A stretch of DNA of 64,000 nt from assembly GCA_963750165.1 (NCBI GenBank), contig CAVVPN010000011.1:32001-96000 (forward strand), in the 5' to 3' direction. Positions within the stretch are counted from its first letter, which is position 1; each line of letters begins with the position of its first letter. This document shows, one piece after another, positions 1 through 9,537 of this stretch. The position numbers and the translations under genes were made by a program. This DNA comes from an uncultured Gemmataceae bacterium (GTDB lineage Bacteria; Planctomycetota; Planctomycetia; Gemmatales; Gemmataceae). Below the pieces are notes generated by a model. The model saw only the letters and a program-made list of their open reading frames with translations. It was not told the origin of the DNA and did not search any database.

Positions 1-4
1 CACC

Positions 5-3000
5 GTGCAGGTGTCGCCCGCGCCCCCGGATGGCGAATCGGTTAGCCTGGAAGACGCCAGCAACGGCAACGTCGTTGTCGGCACGGGAACCCTGACGAAC
101 GGCTCGGCCACCATCACCTTGTCCAGCCTGGCGGTTGGCGTGCATAACCTGGTCGCGGTCTACGGCGGTGATGGCCCCAACCTCGGCAGCACATCCAGTC
201 CCGTGACCCAGACCGTGAACCAGCTCTGGAACGAATTCAACGGCAACGCCCAGCACACGGGCATCTCAAGCGTGGCGGCCCAACCCACGGACCAGATTCT
301 CTGGCAGACCTCGGTCAACCTGCAGGGCTCGTACTTCTGGCACACGGGCGAGCCGGTCTTCACACCCAATGACACGGTCATCGTGCCGGTCAAGGTCACC
401 TCGTCCGGGCAGCAGACCGGGACCGCCAATTACGAACTGGAAGCCTTCAACGGCAACACGGGAACTCTCCTCTGGACCGTGACCAGCGAATACATCGCGG
501 TGAGCAACGGCTGGCTGCCCCCCTACCAGCCCGTGTACGATCCGATCACCAACCACGTCTACTTCCCGGGCCTCGGCGGCACCCTCGAATACATCAGCAA
601 TCCCGACAACCCCGGCAGCTCCACGCCGACGCCCACGGTGGAGGAGTTCTACGGGACTTACACCTCGGCCTACGACTCGTCGATCTACATCGACACGCCG
701 TTGACGGTGGACAATGCGGGCGACATTTTCTTCGGCTTTCAGGAGACCGGCAGCAATCCAGCGGGCATCACCGACGGCGGCATTGCCCGCGTCAGCGCGA
801 CCGGCGCCGGCAGCTACGTGACCGCCACCGTGGCGACGGGAGCCGGCAGCGGGGCACCGGCCGTCGGCTCGGCGCCGGCGCTCAGCAATGACGGCTCGAC
901 GCTGTACGTCGCCATCGCCGACTCGGCCGGGTCGTACCTGGTCGGCGTGAACGCCACCACCCTGGCGCATGAATACTCGGTGATACTCTCGGTCCCCAAT
1001 GCTGGAACCGGCGTGTACCTGATCGGCATCAGCACGGCCGCGCCGATGGTGGCGCCGGACGGCACCGTTTACCTGGGGGTCTACCCAAACACCAGCAACG
1101 GCTCGCGCGGCTTCATGACCCATTACTCCGCCGACCTCGCCACCGAGTACACGCCGGGCGCGTTCGGCTGGGACGACACGCCGTCGATCATCCCGGCGTC
1201 GATGGTCCCCTCCTACACCGGCACCTCGTCGTATCTGATTCTGACCAAGTACAACAACTACGTCGCCGGCGAGGTGGGCTCGTACGGCGGTAACGGCGTC
1301 AACGAGATCGCCATCCTCGACCCGAACGCCACGCAGACGGACCCCAACAACGATCCCAACCCCAACATGCTGGTCATGAAGCAGATCATGACGATCACCA
1401 GCCCGACCGAGGACAGCGAATTTGTCAACAATGGCTATCCCGACGCCACCCGCGAGTGGTGTACCAACGGCACCGCTGTCGATCCGTCGTCCGACAGCGT
1501 GTTTATCAACAACGAAGACGGCTATTCCTACCGCTGGAACCTGGCCACCGACACCATCACCCAGGCGGTCGAAATCACCAACGGCTACGGCGAACCCTAC
1601 ACGCCGACCGCGATCGGTCCCAACGGCGTGGTCTACGCCATCAATGGTGGCACGCTGTTCGCCCTGGGCGGCTACAGCAACTACACGCTGACCACCGTCT
1701 CCTCGCTCACGCCCGCGGTCGCTGGCCAGGCGGTGACCTTCACGACAACGCTGGCGAGTACAGACGGCGGCGCGGTGCCGACCGGCAGCGTCACCTACTC
1801 CTACACCACCGGTGTCAACAATCCGCTGAACAGCACTCCCGTGACGCTTGGCACCATGTCGCTGGTGAACGGCGTGGCGACGTTCACGACCTCCGCCCTG
1901 CTTCCCGACCATTACCACATCATCGCTTCGTACAGCGGCGACATGACCGATGGTTATGCGGCAGGGAGCACGACACTGGTGCAGGTGATCCTTGGGAATC
2001 CGACCGTCTCCCTCACCACGTCGGCCTCGCCAGTCCTGGTCGGGCAAAGCGTGACGTTTACCGCCACGGTGAATCCGGACGGCGTGTTCTTCGTCCCCCT
2101 CGGCACCGTGTCGTTCATGGACGGCAGCACCTTGCTCGGGACGGTCGCGCTCAATGCGTTGGACCAATCGACCAGTCCCTCCTCGTCCCAGGTGGCGACC
2201 TTCACCACGTCCTCGTTGCCGGCGGGGTCCGATTCCATCACGGCGGTTTACAGCGGCGACCTGAACTTTGCCGGCAGCACGTCGGATCCGGTGGCCCAGG
2301 TGGTCAACGTTCAGACGGCAACGACCCTGGCCGCAAGCCCCAACCCCGTGCTCGTCGGCGCCGTGGTGACGCTGACCGCGACCGTTTCGCCGAACCCCGG
2401 CAACCTCGGCACCGTGACGTTCCTGGACAATGGCGTCGCCCTGCCGGGGGCCAGCGCCGTCGCGGTCGTCAACGGCGTCGCCACCTTCCAGATCTCCACG
2501 CTGAGCGGCGGCACCCACCCACTCACGGCGGTTTACAGCGGAGCGACCGGCTTCACTGGGAGCACCTCCCCCACGGTCACGCAGAGTGTCGTCAGCACCT
2601 TCCAGGTGGACGCTGCCACGCTCTCGGGCAATTACGTCCAGCTGGTCTTCGACGGCCCCATCGACCCCAACACGACGCAGCTGTACTACAGCCCCGGCAC
2701 CACGGCGGTGGCACCCGACGTCACCGTCACTGGGCCGAGCGGCAGCGTCAAGGGCTCGCTGGTCATTGACGCCACCAACCCCAACGTCGCCACTTTCGTC
2801 GCCACCGCCGGCCAACTGGCCGCCGGCAATTACACGGTGGCCGTCACCACCGCCGTCCAGGCGCTCGGCGGCGCCACCCTCGCCGCCAACTACAGCCAGG
2901 CCCTCACCGCCGCTCCGGTCACGCCGGTCCTCACGGCGGCCAACGTCGCCCGTGGCCCTGGCGAAACCGTGAACGTGCCCAACACCAGCACCGGCCTGCC

Positions 3001-4510
3001 CATCACACTGAGCGGCCTCACCGCCGCCGTCCAGTCCGCCTCCTTCACTCTCACCTATGACCCGACGATTCTCACCGTGACGGCGGCCACCCTGTCGTCC
3101 GACGCCGCCACCAACGGCAACCTCGTCCTCAACCCGATCACCTTCACCAGCATCGACGCCCACCACATGCAGATCGCCTTCACCGTGGTCGGCGGCAGCG
3201 GCGGCGGCCACTGGAGCCCCACGGGCGGCGCCGGCACGCTCTTGACCCTCACCGCCACCGTCCCCAGCAACGCCCCCTACACGCAGAAGGCTCTGCTCGC
3301 CACGCAGAACGTGGTCATCAACGGCACCGCCGCCCAGGGCGACGACGCCGTGGATGTCAACGCCTATCCCGGCGATGTCGATGGCTCCCACACTTACTCC
3401 GGCCTGGACGCCACTCTCATCTCCCGCGTCACCGTCGGCGGCGGCACCGGCTTCAGCGTCTTCAAGGACCTCGACCCCTGGATCATCGGCAGCGTCACGG
3501 GCAGCTCCACCCTGAGCGTCACCGGCCTGGATGCCACTGATGTCTCCCGTGCCGTCGTCGGCTCCTATCCTGGCGTCATCCCCCCGCTGTCCACCGGCAT
3601 CACCATCACCGGCGCCACCGGACCCGACCCCCGCCTCTACCTCGCCGCCGCCAGTGGCAGCGCCGGCCAGACGGTGACCGTGCAGGAGCGGCTCGACGTG
3701 ACGGCGCAGTCGGGCGTCGAGGTGGACGCCCTCGACTCGGTCATCGAGTACGACCCGACCAAGTTCACTGTCGCGAACATTCGCGCTGGTTCGCTGCTGC
3801 CGGGCTACCTCGTGGTCAGTAACATCGACGCCGTGCAGGGCGTCATCCGCGTCACCGAGTTCACCACCAGCCCGGTGCAAGCCGCCCACGGCACCGACGG
3901 CGCCGTGCTGCTCCTGGACTTCACCGTCAAGGCCAGGGCCACGCCCGGCCGGTCGCCGCTGGTGCTCGCTGCCAACGACGGCGGCACCACCACGGCAGCG
4001 TACAACACCGCCGGCGCACTGACGCTCAGCCCAGCCCCGCGGAACCCGAAACCACTGCCGATCCGCGGCGACACCGTGACGCCCTTCGTCGCGGGCGTGG
4101 ACAGCTTCTTCACCATCGTCGGCCCCGGCGGCGCACCCGGCAGCCTCCCGGCCCCAATCGCGGTCGCCGACGGCAACAGCCCGGTCACGCGCAGCCCGGT
4201 GATCGTCCCGGGGATGAGCGCCGTCCAACCGGTCCAGCCGCCCAACAACTTCCTGCCCGTGGCCATGCCGGTGGTCTCGACCGGCACCGTGGGAACCCTC
4301 CCCCTCCTGATCGCCACCGACGAATTCTGGCGGCGCTATGGCGACCCGGGCGCGCCCGGCCTGAGCGATGACGTGGCTACCGATGAGAACCACGCCCCAG
4401 TTGATGCGGAGTCCCTGGGGCCCGCCGACTACGTGTGGTCGCTGGCGGGGGAAGTGCTCACGTCGGCGACCGGGACCAAGGATACTTCGCCGTCTGAGCC
4501 GAGAACCTGA
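5..4510 (+). CDS. Large secreted/surface protein, 5'-truncated by the window edge: Ig-like (Big_3) repeats, beta-propeller-like domain, cohesin-dockerin-cohesin, Pro/acidic tail
   Basis: 1501-aa Thr/Ser/Gly-rich ORF. Repeated Big_3-type motifs (VTFTATV...GTVSFMDG...ITAVYSGD); cohesin-like FTLTYDPTILTV and IEYDPTKFTV; dockerin-like GDVDGSHTYSGLDATLI...GLDATDV. The frame is open from the window start. Confidence 0.8.
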   Translation: MQVSPAPPDGESVSLEDASNGNVVVGTGTLTNGSATITLSSLAVGVHNLVAVYGGDGPNLGSTSSPVTQTVNQLWNEFNGNAQHTGISSVAAQPTDQILWQTSVNLQGSYFWHTGEPVFTPNDTVIVPVKVTSSGQQTGTANYELEAFNGNTGTLLWTVTSEYIAVSNGWLPPYQPVYDPITNHVYFPGLGGTLEYISNPDNPGSSTPTPTVEEFYGTYTSAYDSSIYIDTPLTVDNAGDIFFGFQETGSNPAGITDGGIARVSATGAGSYVTATVATGAGSGAPAVGSAPALSNDGSTLYVAIADSAGSYLVGVNATTLAHEYSVILSVPNAGTGVYLIGISTAAPMVAPDGTVYLGVYPNTSNGSRGFMTHYSADLATEYTPGAFGWDDTPSIIPASMVPSYTGTSSYLILTKYNNYVAGEVGSYGGNGVNEIAILDPNATQTDPNNDPNPNMLVMKQIMTITSPTEDSEFVNNGYPDATREWCTNGTAVDPSSDSVFINNEDGYSYRWNLATDTITQAVEITNGYGEPYTPTAIGPNGVVYAINGGTLFALGGYSNYTLTTVSSLTPAVAGQAVTFTTTLASTDGGAVPTGSVTYSYTTGVNNPLNSTPVTLGTMSLVNGVATFTTSALLPDHYHIIASYSGDMTDGYAAGSTTLVQVILGNPTVSLTTSASPVLVGQSVTFTATVNPDGVFFVPLGTVSFMDGSTLLGTVALNALDQSTSPSSSQVATFTTSSLPAGSDSITAVYSGDLNFAGSTSDPVAQVVNVQTATTLAASPNPVLVGAVVTLTATVSPNPGNLGTVTFLDNGVALPGASAVAVVNGVATFQISTLSGGTHPLTAVYSGATGFTGSTSPTVTQSVVSTFQVDAATLSGNYVQLVFDGPIDPNTTQLYYSPGTTAVAPDVTVTGPSGSVKGSLVIDATNPNVATFVATAGQLAAGNYTVAVTTAVQALGGATLAANYSQALTAAPVTPVLTAANVARGPGETVNVPNTSTGLPITLSGLTAAVQSASFTLTYDPTILTVTAATLSSDAATNGNLVLNPITFTSIDAHHMQIAFTVVGGSGGGHWSPTGGAGTLLTLTATVPSNAPYTQKALLATQNVVINGTAAQGDDAVDVNAYPGDVDGSHTYSGLDATLISRVTVGGGTGFSVFKDLDPWIIGSVTGSSTLSVTGLDATDVSRAVVGSYPGVIPPLSTGITITGATGPDPRLYLAAASGSAGQTVTVQERLDVTAQSGVEVDALDSVIEYDPTKFTVANIRAGSLLPGYLVVSNIDAVQGVIRVTEFTTSPVQAAHGTDGAVLLLDFTVKARATPGRSPLVLAANDGGTTTAAYNTAGALTLSPAPRNPKPLPIRGDTVTPFVAGVDSFFTIVGPGGAPGSLPAPIAVADGNSPVTRSPVIVPGMSAVQPVQPPNNFLPVAMPVVSTGTVGTLPLLIATDEFWRRYGDPGAPGLSDDVATDENHAPVDAESLGPADYVWSLAGEVLTSATGTKDTSPSEPRT

Positions 4511-4538
4511 CAGCGCCTGGGAATGGCCCGGAAAAGCC

Positions 4539-4563
4539 AAAACCCTCGCGCTGCGAGGGTTTT
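4539..4563. terminator. Bidirectional intrinsic terminator between the convergent surface-protein gene and ssrA
   Basis: AAAACCCTCGC-gct-GCGAGGGTTTT perfect hairpin with A/T tracts on both ends. Confidence 0.75.
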
Positions 4564-4575
4564 GACTCCACCCGT

Positions 4576-4595
4576 CCAACCGTGGCTACGGTTGG
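4576..4595. repeat. Short palindrome CCAACCGTGGCTACGGTTGG
   Basis: 8-bp inverted repeat just beyond the tmRNA 3' end. Confidence 0.5.
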
Positions 4596-4611
4596 CGAAG
4601 GTGAACCGGAG

Positions 4612-5017
4612 TGGAGGCGGCGGGAATCGAACCCGCGTCTCGGAGTACTTCAGCGCCCGCTTCTACGTGTGTAGCACCTCAATGCTGGACGGCCGTGACC
4701 TTGCGGCCGCGCCGCCCGTGTTCGCCTGTCGGCCCCCCGAGGAGCAGGGTTGCCGACGGGCTATCCGGCTGTGAGATTTAGCCGACGCCGCCTCCGGTGC
4801 GATCGGTTGCCCGACCTCGAGCGTCAGCGATCCTGATTTAGCGTCTGAGCCGGAACCTCTCAGGCCAAGCTCCCGGACTCAGGGCAGCCTTATTTAGGCC
4901 GCCATGGAAAACTGCGGTTCAGCAGTTAAAGTGTGACCTGATTTTTACGTGGCCATCAGGTCAACCACGACACGCCACGAACACGTCACCTTACCCGATC
5001 GAAACCAGGTCGCCCCC
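4612..5017 (-). ncRNA. ssrA: tmRNA (transfer-messenger RNA), tag peptide AEPQFSMAA*
   Basis: Minus-strand 5' end GGGGGCGACCTGGTTTCGA and 3' end GACGCGGGTTCGATTCCCGCCGCCTCCA give an Ala acceptor stem with G3:U and a T-arm. After TAACT the tag ORF reads GCT GAA CCG CAG TTT TCC ATG GCG GCC TAA (4923-4894). A complete CCA is not encoded. Confidence 0.97.
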
Positions 5018-5054
5018 TTTTCAGCTAGAAGAAACGGTTTTCGTTCCCCGGTGG

Positions 5055-5085
5055 ATTATACGAATGTCAGCCGCCCCCGTGTCAA
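5055..5085 (-). promoter_or_regulatory. Sigma70-type promoter of ssrA
   Basis: TTGACA (5085-5080), 19-nt spacer, TATAAT (5060-5055), 37 nt upstream of the mature tmRNA 5' end. The spacer is longer than optimal. Confidence 0.65.
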
Positions 5086-5636
5086 GAGGGCGTGGGTCGG
5101 GTTTGCAGTTCCGCCAGCAGCCGGGTGACCAGGGCGTGCGCCGCCGCCGCCTCGGGCTGCAGGCCACCCTGCAGGGCCTCCAGGTAGCGCCGTACCCGTC
5201 CCAGGCTGCGCGGCCGTTGCTCCGCCGCCAGGTGGCTCATGTCGAGCAGGTTGTCGAACACGTCGGCCAGCTTGCACACCTGGACCTGCCACGGCGCCGC
5301 GGCCAGTTGCCGGCAGTACGCCTCCTCGCGTTGGTCGTCCGGCAGCCGCTTGTCCTTCGACAGCAGAGCCACCCAGCCGGCAACCTCCCGGCCGAAGTGC
5401 CCTTCCAGATCGTCGAAGTCGGTGGTGGTGTCTTCGATGGTGTCGTGCAGCAGAGCAGCCGTCAGCACGCGCGGGTCGGCGACGCCGAACACCTCGCGCA
5501 GCACCAGGGCCACGCGGAACACATGGCTGTGGTAAGGCGTCTGGCCGTCCTTGCGGCGCTGGCCGTGGTGCGCCCGCGCCGCGAACGCGACCGCTTCCAG
5601 CAGCGGCTGGTATGTGCCCGCGATGGTGTCCGCCAT
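5082..5636 (-). CDS. Stand-alone RelA/SpoT-type HD hydrolase (small alarmone hydrolase, Mesh1-like)
   Basis: Motifs AARAHHGQRRKDGQTPYHSH, AALLHDTIEDT and CKLADVFDN; no synthetase domain. Confidence 0.88.
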   Translation of the reverse strand: MADTIAGTYQPLLEAVAFAARAHHGQRRKDGQTPYHSHVFRVALVLREVFGVADPRVLTAALLHDTIEDTTTDFDDLEGHFGREVAGWVALLSKDKRLPDDQREEAYCRQLAAAPWQVQVCKLADVFDNLLDMSHLAAEQRPRSLGRVRRYLEALQGGLQPEAAAAHALVTRLLAELQTRPTPS

Positions 5637-5841
5637 GCCTTGCCTCCCGGGCCGGCCGCACCGGCTGGGCGCGAACCGTGAACGTTGCGGCACAGCTTAC
5701 GCGGGACGGCGGATCTCGCCCAGCCAGGTCCGCTCCGTTCGCCGCGCTGCGCGTGCCGCCCGCCTGACCTGAAGCAGCGAATTGCTTGCCGGGCGAAATC
5801 GGAAAAAAGGAAAAAATCGTGAAAGAAGGGGAACATTTTTC

Positions 5842-5870
5842 TTGCAATTGACTTTCATGGCTTGTAGGTT
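5842..5870 (+). promoter_or_regulatory. Putative sigma70 promoter of DUF1559 cassette 1
   Basis: TTGCAA-17 nt-TAGGTT with an upstream A-rich tract; mirrored upstream of cassette 2. Confidence 0.45.
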
Positions 5871-6118
5871 TTACTCCTAGACTCGAAACCGTTTCTCGGC
5901 TTCGGAAGTACCTCTCCAAAACGGCACGGGCTCGCGATATGACAGGCAATCAAACCTGGTGTTTGCCCGCGCGCACCCAGCAGGCGGCGGACTGGGATGT
6001 GGATTTGGTTCCGTGTCCTGAATTTTCGTGCAGATAGTCTTCGGTTCATGTGTAAGCGGACGCTTCAGGGCGGCCGTTGTTTTCATTGCCATCTTGCTAT
6101 CTCTGCGGAGGTCAAATC

Positions 6119-7051
6119 GTGCGAAGGTTCCAACAGCGACTGGCGTTCACGCTGATCGAGTTGCTGGTGGTGATCGCCATCATCGCCATCCTGATCGGCC
6201 TGCTCCTGCCTGCCGTGCAGAAGGTCCGCGAAGCCGCGGCCAACACGCAGTGCAAGAACAACATGGGGCAGCTGGGCAAGGCCCTGCACAACTACCACTC
6301 CAACTACAAGGCGTTTCCGCCGAACCTCACCACGCAAGCCGTGCCCCGGCCCAGTACGCCCGGAGTCGGGCCCGAGCCCGCCACCAACTCCTGGCAGGCG
6401 AGCTGGTTGGTTCTCATTGCGCCGTTCATGGAACAGCAGAACGCCACGTACAACATCGTCCTGGCGTCGTACAACTGCCCGGCCGACCCGCGCTATGCGA
6501 GTGGACTCTGGAACCCTCAGGACTCGCACGGCTACACCAGTTACCTGTGTGTGACGGGGTACAACACGTACACCTCTTCCAACACCTCGGCCCAGTTAGG
6601 GATGATGTACCTGGGCTCCAAGGTTTCCGCGTCGCAAGTGGTCGATGGAACCAGCAACACGATTCAGGCGGCCGAACGGCCGCCGAACCTGCTCGGCGCC
6701 GACTGGGGCTGGGGCTGGTGGGACTCCTACGACGAGGGGGATGTCTCCATTGGCTTGCAGAACACTAACGACATCTCCACGACCGGGGGCTGCCCGTCGC
6801 CGGCGTATTTCGGGCCTGGCGCCACTTCGGCGGACGGCGGCTCCAACAGCTCCCCCTATCAAGGGTACTTCGGCGGCCCCCTCGCCCAACCCGCCTGCCA
6901 CGTCAATCATCCCTTTAGCTTCCACACCGGCGGTGGCAATTTCCTGTTCGGCGATGGCTCCGTCCACTTCATCGCCTACTCGTTCGGTACGCAACTGCCG
7001 CCGTTCGCCACCAAGGCCGGTCGCGAAGCGAACCCGCCCATCGATTACTAA
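6119..7051 (+). CDS. DUF1559 prepilin-type N-terminal cleavage/methylation protein
   Basis: [33 protein letters not shown]-terminus; DGTSNT; C-terminal [14 protein letters not shown] (H-X9-DG); GGAGG upstream of GTG 6119. Confidence 0.95.
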   Translation: MRRFQQRLAFTLIELLVVIAIIAILIGLLLPAVQKVREAAANTQCKNNMGQLGKALHNYHSNYKAFPPNLTTQAVPRPSTPGVGPEPATNSWQASWLVLIAPFMEQQNATYNIVLASYNCPADPRYASGLWNPQDSHGYTSYLCVTGYNTYTSSNTSAQLGMMYLGSKVSASQVVDGTSNTIQAAERPPNLLGADWGWGWWDSYDEGDVSIGLQNTNDISTTGGCPSPAYFGPGATSADGGSNSSPYQGYFGGPLAQPACHVNHPFSFHTGGGNFLFGDGSVHFIAYSFGTQLPPFATKAGREANPPIDY

Positions 7052-7067
7052 CCACCCAGGTTGTCCG

Positions 7068-7104
7068 GCAGCCTTCCGAGACCGTTTCGGTCTCGGAAGG
7101 TTGC
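7068..7104 (+). other. Strong hairpin between DUF1559 gene and partner lipoprotein gene
   Basis: GCAGCCTTCCGAGACCG-ttt-CGGTCTCGGAAGGTTGC. Confidence 0.6.
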
Positions 7105-7125
7105 TCGCTTTTGGAAAGGATCACG

Positions 7126-7548
7126 GTGTTCAGGCATTTTCTAGTCGGCTCGATGGGATTCGGTATCTTCGTGCTTCTGGTCGGCTGCGGCCAGAGCTAC
7201 GGCGATCTGAGTGGCAAGGTGACCTACAAAGGCAATGTCCTCCGCATGGGCACGGTTTCCGTGCTCGGCAGTGACGGCATCACCCGGGCGAGCATGATTG
7301 CGAAGGACGGCACGTACTCGGTCGAGAAGGTCGCCGCCGGAGAGGTCAAGCTCACCGTCTACTCTCCGGATCCTGAGTTGAGCCAACCCCACAAGCGGCA
7401 GAAGAAGAACGCGCCGCCGCCTCCGAAAGTGGAAGTGGACAAAACCGGCTGGGTCGCCATCCCGGAGAAGTACGCCGACTTCAAGGATTCGGGGTTGACC
7501 TTTTCACTGAAGCCCGGCCCCAACAGCTATGACATCGAGTTGAAATGA
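7126..7548 (+). CDS. DUF1559-associated lipoprotein (carboxypeptidase-regulatory-like fold)
   Basis: Lipobox LVGC; SGKVTYKG, DGTYSV, IPEKY and YDIELK motifs typical of these partners. Start uncertain (7111 or 7126). Confidence 0.85.
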   Translation: MFRHFLVGSMGFGIFVLLVGCGQSYGDLSGKVTYKGNVLRMGTVSVLGSDGITRASMIAKDGTYSVEKVAAGEVKLTVYSPDPELSQPHKRQKKNAPPPPKVEVDKTGWVAIPEKYADFKDSGLTFSLKPGPNSYDIELK

Positions 7549-7750
7549 CCTGGGGCCCGAGCAGGGTCACCATCGGCGGTTGCAATCCCGCCGGCAGACG
7601 CAAGGCAGCCTGCGAGAAGGGCAGGAGTCTTGCGTCTTCACTTTTCCTGATGCTTTCCGGCGTTTCGCCCAGGCGTTTGAAGGATTTCCTTGACCGTCTG
7701 CGGGCGGGAATTGAAAAATGAAAAAATAAACATCCATCAGTTTTTTCTTC

Positions 7751-7779
7751 TTGCAATTGGTTTTTTGGGCAGCTACCAT
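7751..7779 (+). promoter_or_regulatory. Putative sigma70 promoter of DUF1559 cassette 2
   Basis: TTGCAA-17 nt-TACCAT with an upstream A-rich tract. Confidence 0.5.
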
Positions 7780-8015
7780 CATTAAAAATCGCGACCGTTT
7801 GGTCACAACTTTACCTCTCCCACAAACGCAGGGTCTTTCCAACGGAATTTGTCGCGCGCCGCCAACGCGACGTGGTCGGGGGACGAGGGCCCGATGGCCA
7901 GGGTCGGTTCGCCGGCTCGAACTTCTTGCAGATGGATCTGTACGCACGTATCGGGGACGTATTCAGCGACCGATGAATTCATCGCTTTCATGCAGTTCCT
8001 GGCGGAGGACAGCTC

Positions 8016-8977
8016 ATGCAACGGTTCCCACGACGGCAGGGCTTCACGCTGATCGAGTTGCTGGTGGTGATCGCCATCATCGCCATCCTGATCGGTTTGT
8101 TGCTGCCCGCCGTGCAAAAAGTGCGCGAGGCCGCGACCAACACACAGTGCAAGAACAACCTGCACCAGATTGGCGTCGCTCTGCACGGCTACCACGGCAT
8201 GTACAAACGCTTCCCACAGGGCATCCAGTATTCGGCCCCGCACTACTACTGGAGCTGGATGGCGCAGATGATGCCCTTCTTTGAACAGGATAACCTGTAC
8301 ACCCAGGCCGAGAACTGGGCGCGCAACACCTCCGTCAATAGTGGCTGGAACTATTGGCCCTGGGGTGACTTCTGGGACAGCCCGCAGACGCCAGCCAACC
8401 CGGCCCTGGGGGTGGTCCTGTCCACGTTGAAATGCCCGGCCGACGAGCGCCAGGACTACTCCATATCGGGAAACCAGGGGGGCATCTACCCCCAGAGCAG
8501 CATCGCCTTCACCGGCTACCTGGGCAACGCCGGCAGCGCCCAGGGGAACGAGGCCTACAGCGGTGCCCCGTGTAACGGCGTCCTGTACTGGACCTCCTCG
8601 ATCCGCATGACCGACATCCGCGATGGCACCAGCAACACCTTGCTGGTGGGTGAGCGGCCGCCCAGCGCCGACCTGTATTACGGCTGGTGGTTCGCCGGGG
8701 CCGGCTGGGACGGCAGCGGCGTGGGCGACGTGCTCATGGCGCGCGGGCCACCAACTACGCAGCCAGCCTGGGCTGCCCGGCGACCAGTGTGGGCTTCCAG
8801 GCGGGAATGGCGAGCAACACTTGCGATCAGGTCCACTTCTGGAGTTTCCACGCGGGCGGTGGCAACTTCCTCATGGCGGACGGCTCGACCACCTTCCTGA
8901 GTTTCGGTGCCAACGCGGTGCTGCCGCAGTTGATGTCGCGCAACGGCAGCGAAGTCTTTGACCTGTCGCAGTATTAA
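8016..8977 (+). CDS. DUF1559 prepilin-type protein (1-nt frameshift near 8738, probably a sequencing error)
   Basis: [15 protein letters not shown]-terminus in frame 8016; C-terminal [17 protein letters not shown] in frame 8687..8977. Adding one G at ATGGC gives VLMGARAT. Confidence 0.9.
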
Positions 8978-9045
8978 CGCGCTGCAGACCTGCAGGCCCC
9001 TCCCGTCCGGGAGGGCCTGGTTCCTTCGACCGCAAGGGTTTTCGC

Positions 9046-9507
9046 ATGTCTGGTTCCCATGCCGGTCGGTTCGCCGTCTTCCTGGCGTGCGTCTGCGCAG
9101 CCGCCAGCGTGCTGGGGTGTGGCAGCAGTTCCTCCCCCGCCAAGGTGTCCGGCAAGGTCACGCTGAACGGCCGGGCTCCCAGGATAAAGGGCTTGCAGAT
9201 TTCCTTCCTCGGCTCGAACGGCCGCATGTACGCATTCCCGATCAACGAGGACGGCACGTACTCGGCCGAGGATGTGCCCGCGGGGGAGACGACGGTCGCC
9301 TTCCTTTATGTCGATCCGTCCGTGGTGCCGGTGAACCCGGGACAGGGCCGCGGGCCCGGCGTACGCCCCGACAAGGCTGGGCCCAAGAACAACGATCAGA
9401 GCAAGAACCCGATCCCCGAACCCCTCCGAGACGGGAGCACTTCCAAAATCACCTTCAAGGTCGAGTCCGGCCAGGACAACGTGTTCAACTACGACATCAA
9501 GTCCTGA
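9046..9507 (+). CDS. DUF1559-associated lipoprotein
   Basis: Lipobox VLGC; VSGKVTLNG, DGTYSAEDVPAG, IPE and FNYDIKS motifs. Confidence 0.85.
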   Translation: MSGSHAGRFAVFLACVCAAASVLGCGSSSSPAKVSGKVTLNGRAPRIKGLQISFLGSNGRMYAFPINEDGTYSAEDVPAGETTVAFLYVDPSVVPVNPGQGRGPGVRPDKAGPKNNDQSKNPIPEPLRDGSTSKITFKVESGQDNVFNYDIKS

Positions 9508-9537
9508 GACTGCGTCCAGCGCGGCCAAGGTCACTTT

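Noticed and set aside
266..4579. 1437-aa antisense ORF (and similar long shadow ORFs, e.g. 9947-11731, 12082-14136, 33772-35793, 38431-40920)
   Set aside because: They mirror well-supported genes on the opposite strand. This is expected from high-GC codon bias, and they show no recognisable motifs.
4510..4620. Genomic island integrated at the ssrA 3' end
   Set aside because: No integrase next to ssrA and no direct repeat of its 3' end seen in the window. An att site beyond the left edge cannot be excluded.
4612..4650. tRNA gene
   Set aside because: The T-arm and acceptor belong to tmRNA; the matching 5' end is ~400 nt away with a tag ORF in between.
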